DNA of 64,000 nt from Pirellulales bacterium (GTDB lineage Bacteria; Planctomycetota; Planctomycetia; Pirellulales; PALSA-1355). The DNA is taken from assembly GCA_963733035.1 (NCBI GenBank), contig CAVTBU010000005.1, positions 1,728,001 to 1,792,000 of the forward strand, written 5' to 3'. A model generated the notes under the pieces. The model did no database searches. It was not told where the DNA came from and saw nothing but the letters and a program-made list of their open reading frames with translations. The translations under genes and the position numbers were made by a program. Of the stretch, positions 32,454 to 43,825 are shown piece after piece. The stretch's first letter is position 1. Every line of letters begins with the position of its first letter.

Positions 32454-33293
32454 TCAGTTTGATTCGGCCAGCATCCGCCGTGCGGCCTGCAGCGAGGGTT
32501 GCAGTGCGGCGGCCTGCTCGCTGCCGCAGACTTTGAGGTACTGTTCGAGCACCGGCAGCGCTTTTTGCGGCTGACCGAGCCGCAGGTAAACCAGCCCCAG
32601 GTCCCGGCGCTCCTGCGGAATCTGTGGCAAGAGCGCCGCCAACCGCTGCTGGACACATAGCAATTGTGGCCAGCACTCGTGCATGGCATGCACGGCCTTG
32701 AGGTTTTGTAACACTCGGGCCGCGATATCCAGCGGCGCCGCTGCCCGAAAATGTTCGCGGCCAAGCGATCCCTTCTTACCGATCGCTTGTTCGATCCGGC
32801 ATTTGCACTGGTCCAGTTCCAACACGTCGCCGTGGTTGAACGGATCGACGAACATCGCCTCGCCGTTGCCGCAGCAGGCCCCCACGACGAAATGTCCGGG
32901 CGTGTTGACGCCAAACATTTTTAGTCCTGACCTCCCAGCGACGGCCATGTAGAGGATGCCAAGAGAAATTGGGATGCCGCAGCGCCTCTCCAGCACATCG
33001 TTTAGGTAGCTGTTTTGGGGTTCGTAATACGTTTCGCGATTACCGTGAAAACCCTCCAATTCATAGAGCATCCGACTGATGGCGACGAGCCGCTCACGGA
33101 CATCGCAACAACCGTGGCGCTCGACCTGATCGTGACAAGCGACGCGCAACCGATCGATTTCCATCAAGCAACCGACGCGATCGAGGCACGGATAGGCGTC
33201 TTCGGCCACCTCGAGCATGAAATGCACGAGGTCGATTTCGGACCGCCCGGCGATCAATTTGGCAAATTCGCAGTTCGGTTCGTATTGCGACAT
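32454..33293 (-). CDS. SirB1 / transglutaminase-like protein with TPR
   Basis: GFHGN…YYEPQNSYLNDVLERRCGIPISL, PGHF and DPF motifs. Confidence 0.9.
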   Translation of the reverse strand: MSQYEPNCEFAKLIAGRSEIDLVHFMLEVAEDAYPCLDRVGCLMEIDRLRVACHDQVERHGCCDVRERLVAISRMLYELEGFHGNRETYYEPQNSYLNDVLERRCGIPISLGILYMAVAGRSGLKMFGVNTPGHFVVGACCGNGEAMFVDPFNHGDVLELDQCKCRIEQAIGKKGSLGREHFRAAAPLDIAARVLQNLKAVHAMHECWPQLLCVQQRLAALLPQIPQERRDLGLVYLRLGQPQKALPVLEQYLKVCGSEQAAALQPSLQAARRMLAESN

Positions 33294-33700
33294 CGGGAGC
33301 GCGTGAGCCGGGGGGCGAGCACCAGCGGGAGTGCCGGGGAGGTTTCGTCGAGCCAATTCTAGGGTCGGCCCCTGGTAGCGGCAATTGAGAATCCCCGTCG
33401 GCGGCGGATCGCAATCGCCAATGGCTCGCACCGCCACGTTACGAGGATGCGTCGATGGCATCTTGACAGCAACTGGCTGGCTGACAACGGTCGCCTGGTT
33501 TTGACACAAATTGACGGGAAAATGCCCTGATTTGCCGGGAGTGTCGGCCTTTGTGAAAGTACCCGCAGCCGCTATCATTGCGGGGGTCTCATGCCGCGAT
33601 CGCGGTCCGCGCTGGCATTATGGTTCTTGCGCGACGGTCGCGGCTTCGACCTCTTTGCCGCCCCACCAAGTAGTGCGGCACTTCCAATGAAAGACACGCA

Positions 33701-35121
33701 ATGAGCGAGTTCCGTACCGAGCGCGATTCGATGGGGGACGTTCAGGTCCCCGCCAAAGCCTATTACGGCGCGCAAACCCAGCGCGCCAAAGACAACTTTC
33801 CCATCTCCGGCTGGCCGTTGCCCCCCGCGCTCATTCACGCGTTGGGCCAGGTGAAATACGCCGCCGCAGTGGCCAATCGCGATCTCGGAAAACTCACCGG
33901 CTCGGGTAAGAACCCACTGAAGGACGAGCAGGTCAAGGCACTGCTCGACGCCACCCGCGAGGTGGCCTCCGGCAAGCTCGACGACCAATTCCCCATCGAC
34001 GTGTTTCAGACCGGCTCGGGCACCTCCAGCAATATGAACGCCAACGAGGTGATTTCCAATCGAGCCATTGAATTGATCGGCGGCGATCGGTTCCAGGCCG
34101 ACAAGCCGATCCATCCGAACGATCACGTCAACATGGGGCAGAGCACCAACGACATGTTCCCCACGGCGATCCACGTCGCCGTCGCGCAGTCGATCAAGCA
34201 GGAGCTGGTTCCCGAACTCCAGCGGCTGCAAAAGGCTTTGGCCGACAAGGCGAAGCAGTGGGACGCGATTATCAAGATCGGCCGTACGCACCTGGCCGAC
34301 GCGACGCCGATTCGGCTGGGCCAGGAGTTTAGCGGCTATGCCCGGCAGCTCGAACTTTCCGTGGAGCGCGCCAGGGCGCGATCAAGGCCGTGCTCGAATT
34401 GCCCGCTGGTGGCACCGCTGTCGGCACCGGGATCAACACACACCCGGAATTCGGCGAGCGCGTCGCCGCGGTGCTGGCCAACGAGACGGGCATTCCATTC
34501 GTCGAAGCGGCAAACCATTTTGAGGGAAACGCCAATCGCGACGGCTTGGTATCGTGTAGCGGCGACCTGCGGACGATTGCGGTCACGCTGTTCAACATGT
34601 CGAACAACATTCGCTGGCTGGGCAGTGGCCCGCGCTGTGGCTTTTATGAAATCAAGCTGCCCGATCGCCAGCCGGGCTCGTCGATCATGCCGGGCAAAGT
34701 GAACCCCGTAATGTGCGAAAGCATGATGCAGGTTTGTGCTCGCGTGATCGGCAACGACCAGGCCTTGGCCTTCGCCGGGGCCACGGGTGGCAACTTTGAA
34801 CTGAACATCATGATGCCGATGATGGGTACCACGGCGCTTGAGTCCGTCCATTTGCTGGCCAGTTGCACGCGGGCGTTCGTCGACTTTTGCGCGCTAGACA
34901 TGCAGGCCAATGCCGAAGCCTGCGAGGCCGCCGTGGAGGGCAGCTTGGCAATGGTCACGAGCCTCAACCCGCACATTGGCTACGAAAAGGCCGCGGCCCT
35001 GGCCAAGGAAGCATTTAAGACGGGCAAGACGATTCGGCAATTGTGCCGGGAGCAAAAGATCCTGCCCGATGACGTCCTGAACGAAGCCCTCGATCCGAGG
35101 CGGATGACTGAACCACATTAG
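33701..35121 (+). CDS. fumC: Class II fumarate hydratase (frameshift ~34375)
   Basis: RTERDSMG, QTGSGTSSNMNANEV, GRTHLADA, then GSSIMPGKVNP in the second frame. Confidence 0.95.
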
Positions 35122-35123
35122 AA

Positions 35124-35196
35124 AAGGCGGAAGTCAGCGGGATGAGGAATGAGAGAGACTTTTCAAACTCATCCTTCCCACGGCTGACTTCGCCTT
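35124..35196. repeat. Long imperfect intergenic hairpin
   Basis: AAGGCGGAAGTCAGC…GCTGACTTCGCCTT outer arms, with inner GAGGAATGAG/CTCATCCTTC pairing. Confidence 0.5.
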
Positions 35197-35235
35197 AACG
35201 AAAAATCTCTCCTCTCGCGAACAAGGAGGTTCACG

Positions 35236-36882
35236 ATGATGGCACGATGGCAGCGAATTTTAGTGCCCACGCTGGTCGCGATGGCTGTAGGCTGGGGAAT
35301 CACGCAAAGCAGGGGCGAGGGACCCACGCACCTGGTACCGTTTCCGGAAGACGCCGCCGAGCAGGCTGCCAAGCCGAAACCGGTCAAGCCGGCACCGCCC
35401 AAGTCGGATTTCCAGCCGCGGTTCCGTGCGCCGAATCTGAAACCCGCCGAGCCGTTGGAACCCGTGGCGAAACAAGACAGCGCCGTGGTTCCTGCCAGCG
35501 CCAGCGAGCCCGTCTCCGAAGAGCCCACCGAGGCGATCCCCCTGGAGGACGCTCCGGCAGGCGAAAGCGCGGCCGAAACAGAGGCCAACGAAGGGCCGCA
35601 ACTGTTGCCGGCGGCCGAACCCGTCGACCCCGGCGCGCTTGCAGGTCGCGAGGCTCTCAACGAAGCCTATACGCGCAGCAAAGTGGCTTCGTCCGAAAGC
35701 GACTACACCACCATCATCGCGCTATGCGAGCGTGGCAAGCGAGGCGTCGCCAAACGGTATCAAGACTACGCCGAGCAATTGATGGGCTGGGCTTACAACC
35801 GCCGCGGCGAAGCCCGCGCCAAGGTCGGCGACGAGATACAGGCTCTCACCGATTTCGAAACGGCGGTGCGACTGAGCGGCGCCTGGCGGGCGATTCACAA
35901 TCGCGGCGTCAGCTATGCCGCGGCGGGTCGCATGGAAGAGGCGCTGGCCGATTTTCAGCGGACGATCGAGCTCAATCCCCGCTATCCCAACGCCTATTAC
36001 AACCGCGGCGAGCTCCTCTATCGACAGCAGAACTATCCCGGTGCCATCGAGGACTACAGCATGGCGCTCGAGCTGGGAAAACCCGACGCCACCACCTACA
36101 ACAATCGCGGCCATGCATTCTATCGCATTCAACGATTCGGCGACGCGCTGCGCGACTACGGCGAGGCGATCAAGCTCGACCCGACCAATCCCGACCCGCT
36201 GATCAATCGGGGTGACACGAACAGCGATCTGGGACAGTACGGTGAAGCGGCGGCCGACTACCGAGCCGCCGTGCAGATCGCGCCCGAGTTGGGCCGCGCG
36301 TTTCAAGCGGCCGCCTGGCTGATGGCCACTTGTCCCGATTCGCATTATCGCGACGAGAAGCTGGCGGTCGACGCGGCCAACCGCGCGATCGAACTCGACG
36401 GACCGACGTTCCGGAACCTGACGACACTGGCCGCCGCCCAGGCGAGCGCCGGTCAGTTCGATGCCGCCAAGTCCACGCAGGAGCAGGCGATCGCCGTCGC
36501 TCCCCAAGAGCAAGTTGTCACCGGCGAAAAGATGATGGCGCTTTACCAGCGTGAGATCGCGTTCCGCGACCGTCCGATCACCTCATTCAGCACACCTGAA
36601 GAAACTCCCGAATCAGAAATTCGCCAGGCCGCGGTCAATGAGTTCTTGGACAAGATCATGCCTTCGAAGCGGGCTTTTTTTCACGGTTCGGAATCGAACC
36701 CGCGGCAACCCGCCCAGGCAAAGCCGGCTCCCGCCGGGCAGTACGACGGTCGCTATAGCGCGCCGCCGCGGCAATTGCCGTCTGCGAGCCGTCCATCGCA
36801 GCAGGACCAACGACAGCCAGCCGCCGAGCCGCAACAAGAGCAGCAGCGCACGCGGCTGTTTGGGCCGAAGGGGCGAATCTAG
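35236..36882 (+). CDS. Secreted TPR-repeat protein
   Basis: Signal peptide, repeated YNRRG/HNRG/YNRG TPRs, AWLMATCPD motif. Confidence 0.9.
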   Translation: MMARWQRILVPTLVAMAVGWGITQSRGEGPTHLVPFPEDAAEQAAKPKPVKPAPPKSDFQPRFRAPNLKPAEPLEPVAKQDSAVVPASASEPVSEEPTEAIPLEDAPAGESAAETEANEGPQLLPAAEPVDPGALAGREALNEAYTRSKVASSESDYTTIIALCERGKRGVAKRYQDYAEQLMGWAYNRRGEARAKVGDEIQALTDFETAVRLSGAWRAIHNRGVSYAAAGRMEEALADFQRTIELNPRYPNAYYNRGELLYRQQNYPGAIEDYSMALELGKPDATTYNNRGHAFYRIQRFGDALRDYGEAIKLDPTNPDPLINRGDTNSDLGQYGEAAADYRAAVQIAPELGRAFQAAAWLMATCPDSHYRDEKLAVDAANRAIELDGPTFRNLTTLAAAQASAGQFDAAKSTQEQAIAVAPQEQVVTGEKMMALYQREIAFRDRPITSFSTPEETPESEIRQAAVNEFLDKIMPSKRAFFHGSESNPRQPAQAKPAPAGQYDGRYSAPPRQLPSASRPSQQDQRQPAAEPQQEQQRTRLFGPKGRI

Positions 36883-37035
36883 CGCCGGGTCCGACCGTCG
36901 AACAGAGCCCCGTCGCCAGGAGCTAGATCAAAAAATCGCGGAGTCGGGTAGGACTTTCCTCCCGGCCCCGTTGTTGTCGGCGCAGCCACGTCGCTAGCAC
37001 TTTCCCTTGATCCCTGGCGGCTACCTTGGCATATT

Positions 37036-37060
37036 GACTGTACATCTATCTAGTACGGTC
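37036..37060. promoter_or_regulatory. Palindromic operator GACTGTAC-N9-GTACGGTC just downstream of a TTGATC-17-CATATT promoter (37007-37035)
   Basis: 7/8 inverted match; contains CTGTACATCTATCTAG, loosely SOS-box-like. Confidence 0.4.
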
Positions 37061-37117
37061 GGATCCGTGAGCGGGACGCACGTGGCCCGCGGATTTCTCC
37101 CCCAGCAGGAGGTCGTC

Positions 37118-38722
37118 ATGGCAGGCGTGGTGGGTCGCAAACTGGAGCACGAGGGACTGCTGTTTTCCACCGACGGGGACGACTCGCTCGAATCGCTCGA
37201 ACTGCACCTGACGGTCACCGACCGCGACTCGATCGACGATCTGGCCAGTTTCGCCGACGGCGACGAGCGCGAGCAATTTGCCCTCAACGCTTTGCGCATC
37301 GGCATTCTGGCGCTCCGTCAGGCGCGGGGGCGAATCGATGCCGACCTGATCCAGCGCGAAACCCAGCGCATGCTATCGGCGCTTCAATCGCAACTGTCGG
37401 CGCACACCTCGCAAACCCACGAAAAGCTATCCGGCTCGCTGAAAGAGTATTTCGACCCGGCCAGCGGGCGGTTTCAGGAGCGTGTGCAGCAACTCATCAA
37501 ACACGATGGCGAGCTCGAACAGCTGTTGCGCCGGCAAATCGGTGGCGAGGACTCGGAGCTTTGCAAAACGCTGGTTGCCCACGTCGGACAACAAAGTCCG
37601 CTGATGAAGCTGCTCAGCCCAAACGAATCGCAGGGGCTGCTCTCGGCGCTCAAGCAGACAGTTGAAGCGCAATTGACCAGCCAGCGCGATCACGTGCTGC
37701 GAGAGTTCTCGCTCGACAACAAGGAAGGCGCCCTGGCCCGCATGGTCGGTGAACTGACCAACAGCCACGGCCAACTGACCGAGGCGTTGGAAAAGAAGAT
37801 CGGCGTGGTGATCGAGGAGTTTTCGCTCGACAAGGAAGACTCCGCGCTGAATCGCCTGGTGCGAAACGTCGATCGCGCGCAGTCAACCATCACCCGTGAG
37901 TTCTCGCTCGACGATGAAGCGTCGGCGCTGGCCCGCCTGCGCCGCGAGCTGCTCGCCCTGCTCAAGGAACAAACGCAAACCAACACGCAGTTCCAGGAAG
38001 AGGTGAAAGTCGCCCTCGGCAAGATGATGGCGCGTCGCGAGGAATCGCAGCGGTCCACACAACACGGCCTGGTTTTCGAAGATGCCGTGTGCAGTTTCCT
38101 CGAGTACCATGCGCAGCAATCCGGCGACATTGCTTCGCGCACCGGTCAAACCACCGGATTGATCAAGAACAGCAAGGTCGGCGATTGCGTCGTCGAGCTG
38201 GGTCCCGATAGTGCGGCCGCGGGGGCAAAAATCGTCGTCGAGGCCAAGCAGCACGCCGACTACAACCTGGCGAAGGCCCGGGCCGAAATCGAAACTGCCC
38301 GCAAAAACCGCGACGCTCAGGTGGGCCTGTTCGTGTTTTCCAAACAGTGCGCGCCGGAATGCTTGGAGGAAGTGTCTCGCACTGGCAGCGACGTGTTCGT
38401 CGTCTGGGATCCAGAGGACGCGGCAACAAACCTGCATTTGAAAATCGGCTTGACGCTGGCCCGGGCACTGTGCATTCGCGTCGAACAACAGCAGCAATCG
38501 CAAACCGCCGATTTCGAGGCGATCACTGCCGCGATTCTGGAAATCGAAAAGCAGGCGCAACTGCTGAGCGAAGCCAGCAAATACGGCGAGACGATCAAAT
38601 CGGGGGCCGACAAGATTCTGGAACGCGTGCGCAGAACCCGCAATTCCCTGGAACGCCAGGTCGCGATCCTCAACGAGCGGATTGGCGATTTGAAATCCCT
38701 CGGCGGGTCCACGCCATCCTAA
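37118..38722 (+). CDS. Coiled-coil protein with putative PD-(D/E)XK nuclease domain (RmuC-like architecture)
   Basis: Long coiled coil, three EFSLD repeats, G…FE…GD…IVVEAK, C-terminal coiled coil. Confidence 0.75.
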   Translation: MAGVVGRKLEHEGLLFSTDGDDSLESLELHLTVTDRDSIDDLASFADGDEREQFALNALRIGILALRQARGRIDADLIQRETQRMLSALQSQLSAHTSQTHEKLSGSLKEYFDPASGRFQERVQQLIKHDGELEQLLRRQIGGEDSELCKTLVAHVGQQSPLMKLLSPNESQGLLSALKQTVEAQLTSQRDHVLREFSLDNKEGALARMVGELTNSHGQLTEALEKKIGVVIEEFSLDKEDSALNRLVRNVDRAQSTITREFSLDDEASALARLRRELLALLKEQTQTNTQFQEEVKVALGKMMARREESQRSTQHGLVFEDAVCSFLEYHAQQSGDIASRTGQTTGLIKNSKVGDCVVELGPDSAAAGAKIVVEAKQHADYNLAKARAEIETARKNRDAQVGLFVFSKQCAPECLEEVSRTGSDVFVVWDPEDAATNLHLKIGLTLARALCIRVEQQQQSQTADFEAITAAILEIEKQAQLLSEASKYGETIKSGADKILERVRRTRNSLERQVAILNERIGDLKSLGGSTPS

Positions 38723-38733
38723 TCAGGCCGGCC

Positions 38734-39207
38734 CTACTTCAACGCCGCGTATCCGCTGCGGAAATATACGAGCGGCTTGCCTTCCTGGATCCGCGTGCTG
38801 CCGACTTCGCCGACCACGATCGTGTGATCTCCACCGGGGAGCAGGTCGACCACCTTGCATTCGATCGCACAAATCGCGTCCTGAATGAGCGGCGCCCCGG
38901 CCGGACCAGGCGCGTAGCCCACTTCGCGAAACTGGTCGGGCTCGCTGGAGGCGAACCGCCGCGAAACGTTCTCCTGACTCTCGGCCAGGATGTTGACGGC
39001 AAAGGCGCGATCTTTCTGGAACGTGTCGTGCAGTTTGGCTCGCTTGTCAATGCAAACGAGCACCAGCGGCGGATCGAGCGACAGCGAACTGAAGGCGGTC
39101 ACCGTGATGCCCGCCGGCGAGCCGTCCTCGCCAGCGGTCGTGACGACCGTAACGGCGGCGGCGAAGTGACCCAGGGCCTGGCGAAACTCTGCTTTTTCGA
39201 CGGGCAT
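38734..39207 (-). CDS. Flavin reductase family protein
   Basis: FRQALGHFAAAVTVVT, SLSLDPPLV and GGDH motifs. Confidence 0.93.
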   Translation of the reverse strand: MPVEKAEFRQALGHFAAAVTVVTTAGEDGSPAGITVTAFSSLSLDPPLVLVCIDKRAKLHDTFQKDRAFAVNILAESQENVSRRFASSEPDQFREVGYAPGPAGAPLIQDAICAIECKVVDLLPGGDHTIVVGEVGSTRIQEGKPLVYFRSGYAALK

Positions 39208-39415
39208 TGTCTACTCCCTCTGTACGCAATCCACGGACGGGCTTCACTAGCGACGACTGGCATCGAGGATACCGAAATTGCGCGCGCGCGCCAGCCCCGC
39301 TGCGGTTGCCGTGGACGGGCATTTTGCCAATCTCGGGGTGCGTTGGAACGCGCAATAAATGACTGTAAGTGATCTGTCTGTAACGACTTGTCGCTGGCGG
39401 CGCTGGCGCCGTTGC

Positions 39416-39443
39416 TTGACAGGTAGACAGCGGAACCTATAAC
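39416..39443 (+). promoter_or_regulatory. Sigma70 promoter TTGACA-16-TATAAC
   Basis: Near-consensus hexamers ~300 nt upstream of the 39745 CDS. Confidence 0.65.
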
Positions 39444-39744
39444 GACCCTAACGATTACAGGAAGCTTATCGATTGCAAAGAATGGAGATCGAGCGTGACG
39501 CGGCAGCGTTTCTACGGCGCTTCAGAGCGCACCCCGGAAGTCTCGGATCACGAGGCTGCGGGTTTTTTCGCGAGCCGACAAGCTCGCCGTGCCTTCCCCT
39601 GGCGCGAAGCTGCCCCCCAGCCCGTTGGGCTGTTCGTTCTAGGACCTTGCTGGTCGAAATCTGCGGCCCGGTGCAGTTGGGCCTTCATATAGCGATGGCT
39701 CGAAAACGTTGTGGTTAAATTTTTTGTTTTGGAAGGAGAATGCG

Positions 39745-40116
39745 ATGAGAGGAAAGTTTGGGCTCGCCGTTTTACTTTTGGCCGCCGCCGCGTGGATGGT
39801 TGCCGAGAGCCAGTCGTACGCCGGGGGTCATCGGCGTCGCGCGCGTTGCGGCGGTTGCCATAGCGCTTGTTCCACCGGCTGCGCTCCGGCCAGTTCGGGT
39901 TGTTGCACGGCCGCCCCGGCCGGCGAAACAGCTCCTGCGCCGCCAGCCCCTCCGGCCCCGGCCGCACCCAGCCCGTCGGACGCGGCTTCGTCGGATGGAG
40001 CTTCGGCCGCAGCCGCAAGCGAAGCTCCCGAGGCCGCCCAGGTGACCTCGAGCCCCAACCAGCGCGTGTACTATTCCGCTGGCCGCCGGGCACGTCGCGG
40101 TTGGTTCCGTCGTTAA
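39745..40116 (+). CDS. Small secreted Cys / Pro-Ala-rich protein with basic C-terminus
   Basis: AAGGAG RBS, signal peptide, CGGC…CC, PA-rich linker, RRARRGWFRR. Confidence 0.75.
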   Translation: MRGKFGLAVLLLAAAAWMVAESQSYAGGHRRRARCGGCHSACSTGCAPASSGCCTAAPAGETAPAPPAPPAPAAPSPSDAASSDGASAAAASEAPEAAQVTSSPNQRVYYSAGRRARRGWFRR

Positions 40117-40139
40117 ACGTCGGATCGATTCGTTCGAAT

Positions 40140-40177
40140 CGCGAGCCGGGGCCCGCTACCCCGGCTCGCGTTGTTTT
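40140..40177 (+). terminator. Rho-independent terminator
   Basis: CGCGAGCCGGGG-CCCGCTA-CCCCGGCTCGCG followed by TTGTTTT. Confidence 0.8.
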
Positions 40178-40246
40178 GCGCGCGCCAGGCCATGCTCGGC
40201 ATCCGGGTAGTGTCCTATGAGTGAGTTGGTCGAAGGGAAGCTGCGG

Positions 40247-40534
40247 CTAGGGCCGGTGATTGACTGCCTTGAAAAGAAGAAATGCACCTAGCAGAAGTAC
40301 CAATGCTGGGGCTACAAACAGCCCAGTCGCGAATGCAGGCTCCATGTGCCTCTCTTCGATCATCTTCATATTCTCTTTGATGCCGCAAAATGCCGCAAAG
40401 GCCGCCAGTAAGGAACCGGCTAAATAGCCTTTGTGCATTCCATCAAGCCCTATTCTCCAGCCGCGCAGGAGCGATTTGGCTTTAGCCTTATCTGGTTCGT
40501 TTGGGGGACGATATGGATTATTGTCATCACTCAT
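40247..40534 (-). CDS. Passenger two-TM membrane protein (95 aa)
   Basis: AAGGA RBS, N-terminal NPYRPP, two hydrophobic helices, many A/T-ending codons. Confidence 0.7.
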   Translation of the reverse strand: MSDDNNPYRPPNEPDKAKAKSLLRGWRIGLDGMHKGYLAGSLLAAFAAFCGIKENMKMIEERHMEPAFATGLFVAPALVLLLGAFLLFKAVNHRP

Positions 40535-40625
40535 TTCGTCATCCTTAACAACTGCGATTAGGGGCGTGAACTCTCGTGGCCCCGATTCTACCGCGCATGA
40601 AAAAGCCCCGGCAGAGGAATCGTGG

Positions 40626-40826
40626 CTAACTGGGAGGACCGCCGAATCCTTTCATTCTTGGCTGATCTTGCGCCCGCTTGACTTGAGCTCTGATCCATAC
40701 TGCGAAAGAATCCGACGGAAGCCTATATAGCCCTTGCTTGTCCGGATGCGGAAGAATGATCTGCTTACTCTTAAGCGCCTGAAGTGCATTGGTCAAAGTC
40801 GTATCCTTGAGTCCCGTTGCGGCCAA
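40626..40826 (-). pseudogene. 3' fragment of a gene (winged-helix-like C-terminus)
   Basis: ATGLKDTTLTNALQALKSKQII…GLYRLPSDSFAVWI begins abruptly about 50 bp inside the right inverted repeat. Confidence 0.5.
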
Positions 40827-41004
40827 GCAGCGTGTAAAATGACCCGACCAGCGGCCATCCGTGACCTAGGACACTACCGGCATCCGGGCTCCCGGGACAA
40901 CTCGGACGTTGAGTTGTACAATAGCGCAGCTTTACCGGCTCAGCAGGCACGTGGCCAAGGGCGCGCCGCGACCGGCACTGGCGTTTATGGTTTCAGGGTG
41001 GTGC

Positions 41005-42932
<1,928 letters not shown>

Positions 42933-42967
42933 CCGGCCGAATTCGTCGCGGCCGTGCAAGCCGGCCG

Positions 42968-43825
42968 CTATCCGGCGGCGAACCGCGAGGCGACGAGTTC
43001 CAGCACCTGGCGCGTAATCTCGCCTTGTCGTTCGCGTCGTTCCAGATCCGACAGCGAATTGAGCATCTTTTCCGTATTGCGCGTGGCGCCATCCATGGCC
43101 GTTAACCGGCTCGCCTGCTCGCTGGCAAACGATTCTGCCGCGATCCGATAGAGGCGGATGAAGGCATATTGGCTGATCAGCCCAACCAACAAATCCGCGG
43201 CGGGCAATTGCAGGTCGTAGGAAGTTTGCAAGGGCGCGGACGACTCTCGCAAGGCCGCCCAGTCGATGGGCAGAATCTGCTCCTCGGTTGGCACTTGCTC
43301 GCTGATCGACTGATACCGATTGTAGATGGCCCGCAGCGTTCCAAGCTGGCCGGTGGCAATCTGTTCGTCGACGATGGCCGCCAGCCGCTTCACGACGTCT
43401 CGCAGTCCGTGTACGGAAGTGGCCGCCGGTTCGGTCGCAACCGGAACGACGCCGCGAGCCGCCAGTTGCCGGGCGCCGCGATGGCCGACGACAACCAGCT
43501 GCGCTTCGCCCTCCCCTTGCAGTTCCCGCAGACGGCGCTCGGTCAGAGCCAGCACGTCCTGGTTGAAGGCCCCGCAGAAGGGTTGCTCGGAAGTCAGCAC
43601 GAGCACGAGTGTGCGGTGGCCCGGGCCCTGCAAGCAGACTGGCTCGGCCGAGTCAGCGGTTACGACGCGAATGGACCGCAAGACGACGTCTTCGAAGCGC
43701 CTCGAACTGGCCAGGGCCCGCTGTGCACTTTGAATCCGGCCGGCGGCGATGGCCCGCATCGCGCCCACGATATCGTGGATCGTGGCCACGGCATGTCTTC
43801 GCCGTTGCGTTTCCTGCAGTGTCAT
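42968..43825 (-). CDS. atpG: N-type ATP synthase gamma subunit
   Basis: IVGAMRAIAA, FCGAFN, SEQASRLTAM and RQGEIT motifs. Confidence 0.9.
   Translation of the reverse strand: MTLQETQRRRHAVATIHDIVGAMRAIAAGRIQSAQRALASSRRFEDVVLRSIRVVTADSAEPVCLQGPGHRTLVLVLTSEQPFCGAFNQDVLALTERRLRELQGEGEAQLVVVGHRGARQLAARGVVPVATEPAATSVHGLRDVVKRLAAIVDEQIATGQLGTLRAIYNRYQSISEQVPTEEQILPIDWAALRESSAPLQTSYDLQLPAADLLVGLISQYAFIRLYRIAAESFASEQASRLTAMDGATRNTEKMLNSLSDLERRERQGEITRQVLELVASRFAAG

Larger units (their letters stand above)
40206..40878. mobile_element. Non-autonomous IS1-like element carrying passenger DNA
   Basis: Perfect 12-bp inverted repeats GGTAGTGTCCTA (40206-17) and TAGGACACTACC (40867-78); flanking direct repeat GGCATCCG (40198-205, 40879-86); AT-richer interior; no transposase. 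Confidence 0.8.
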
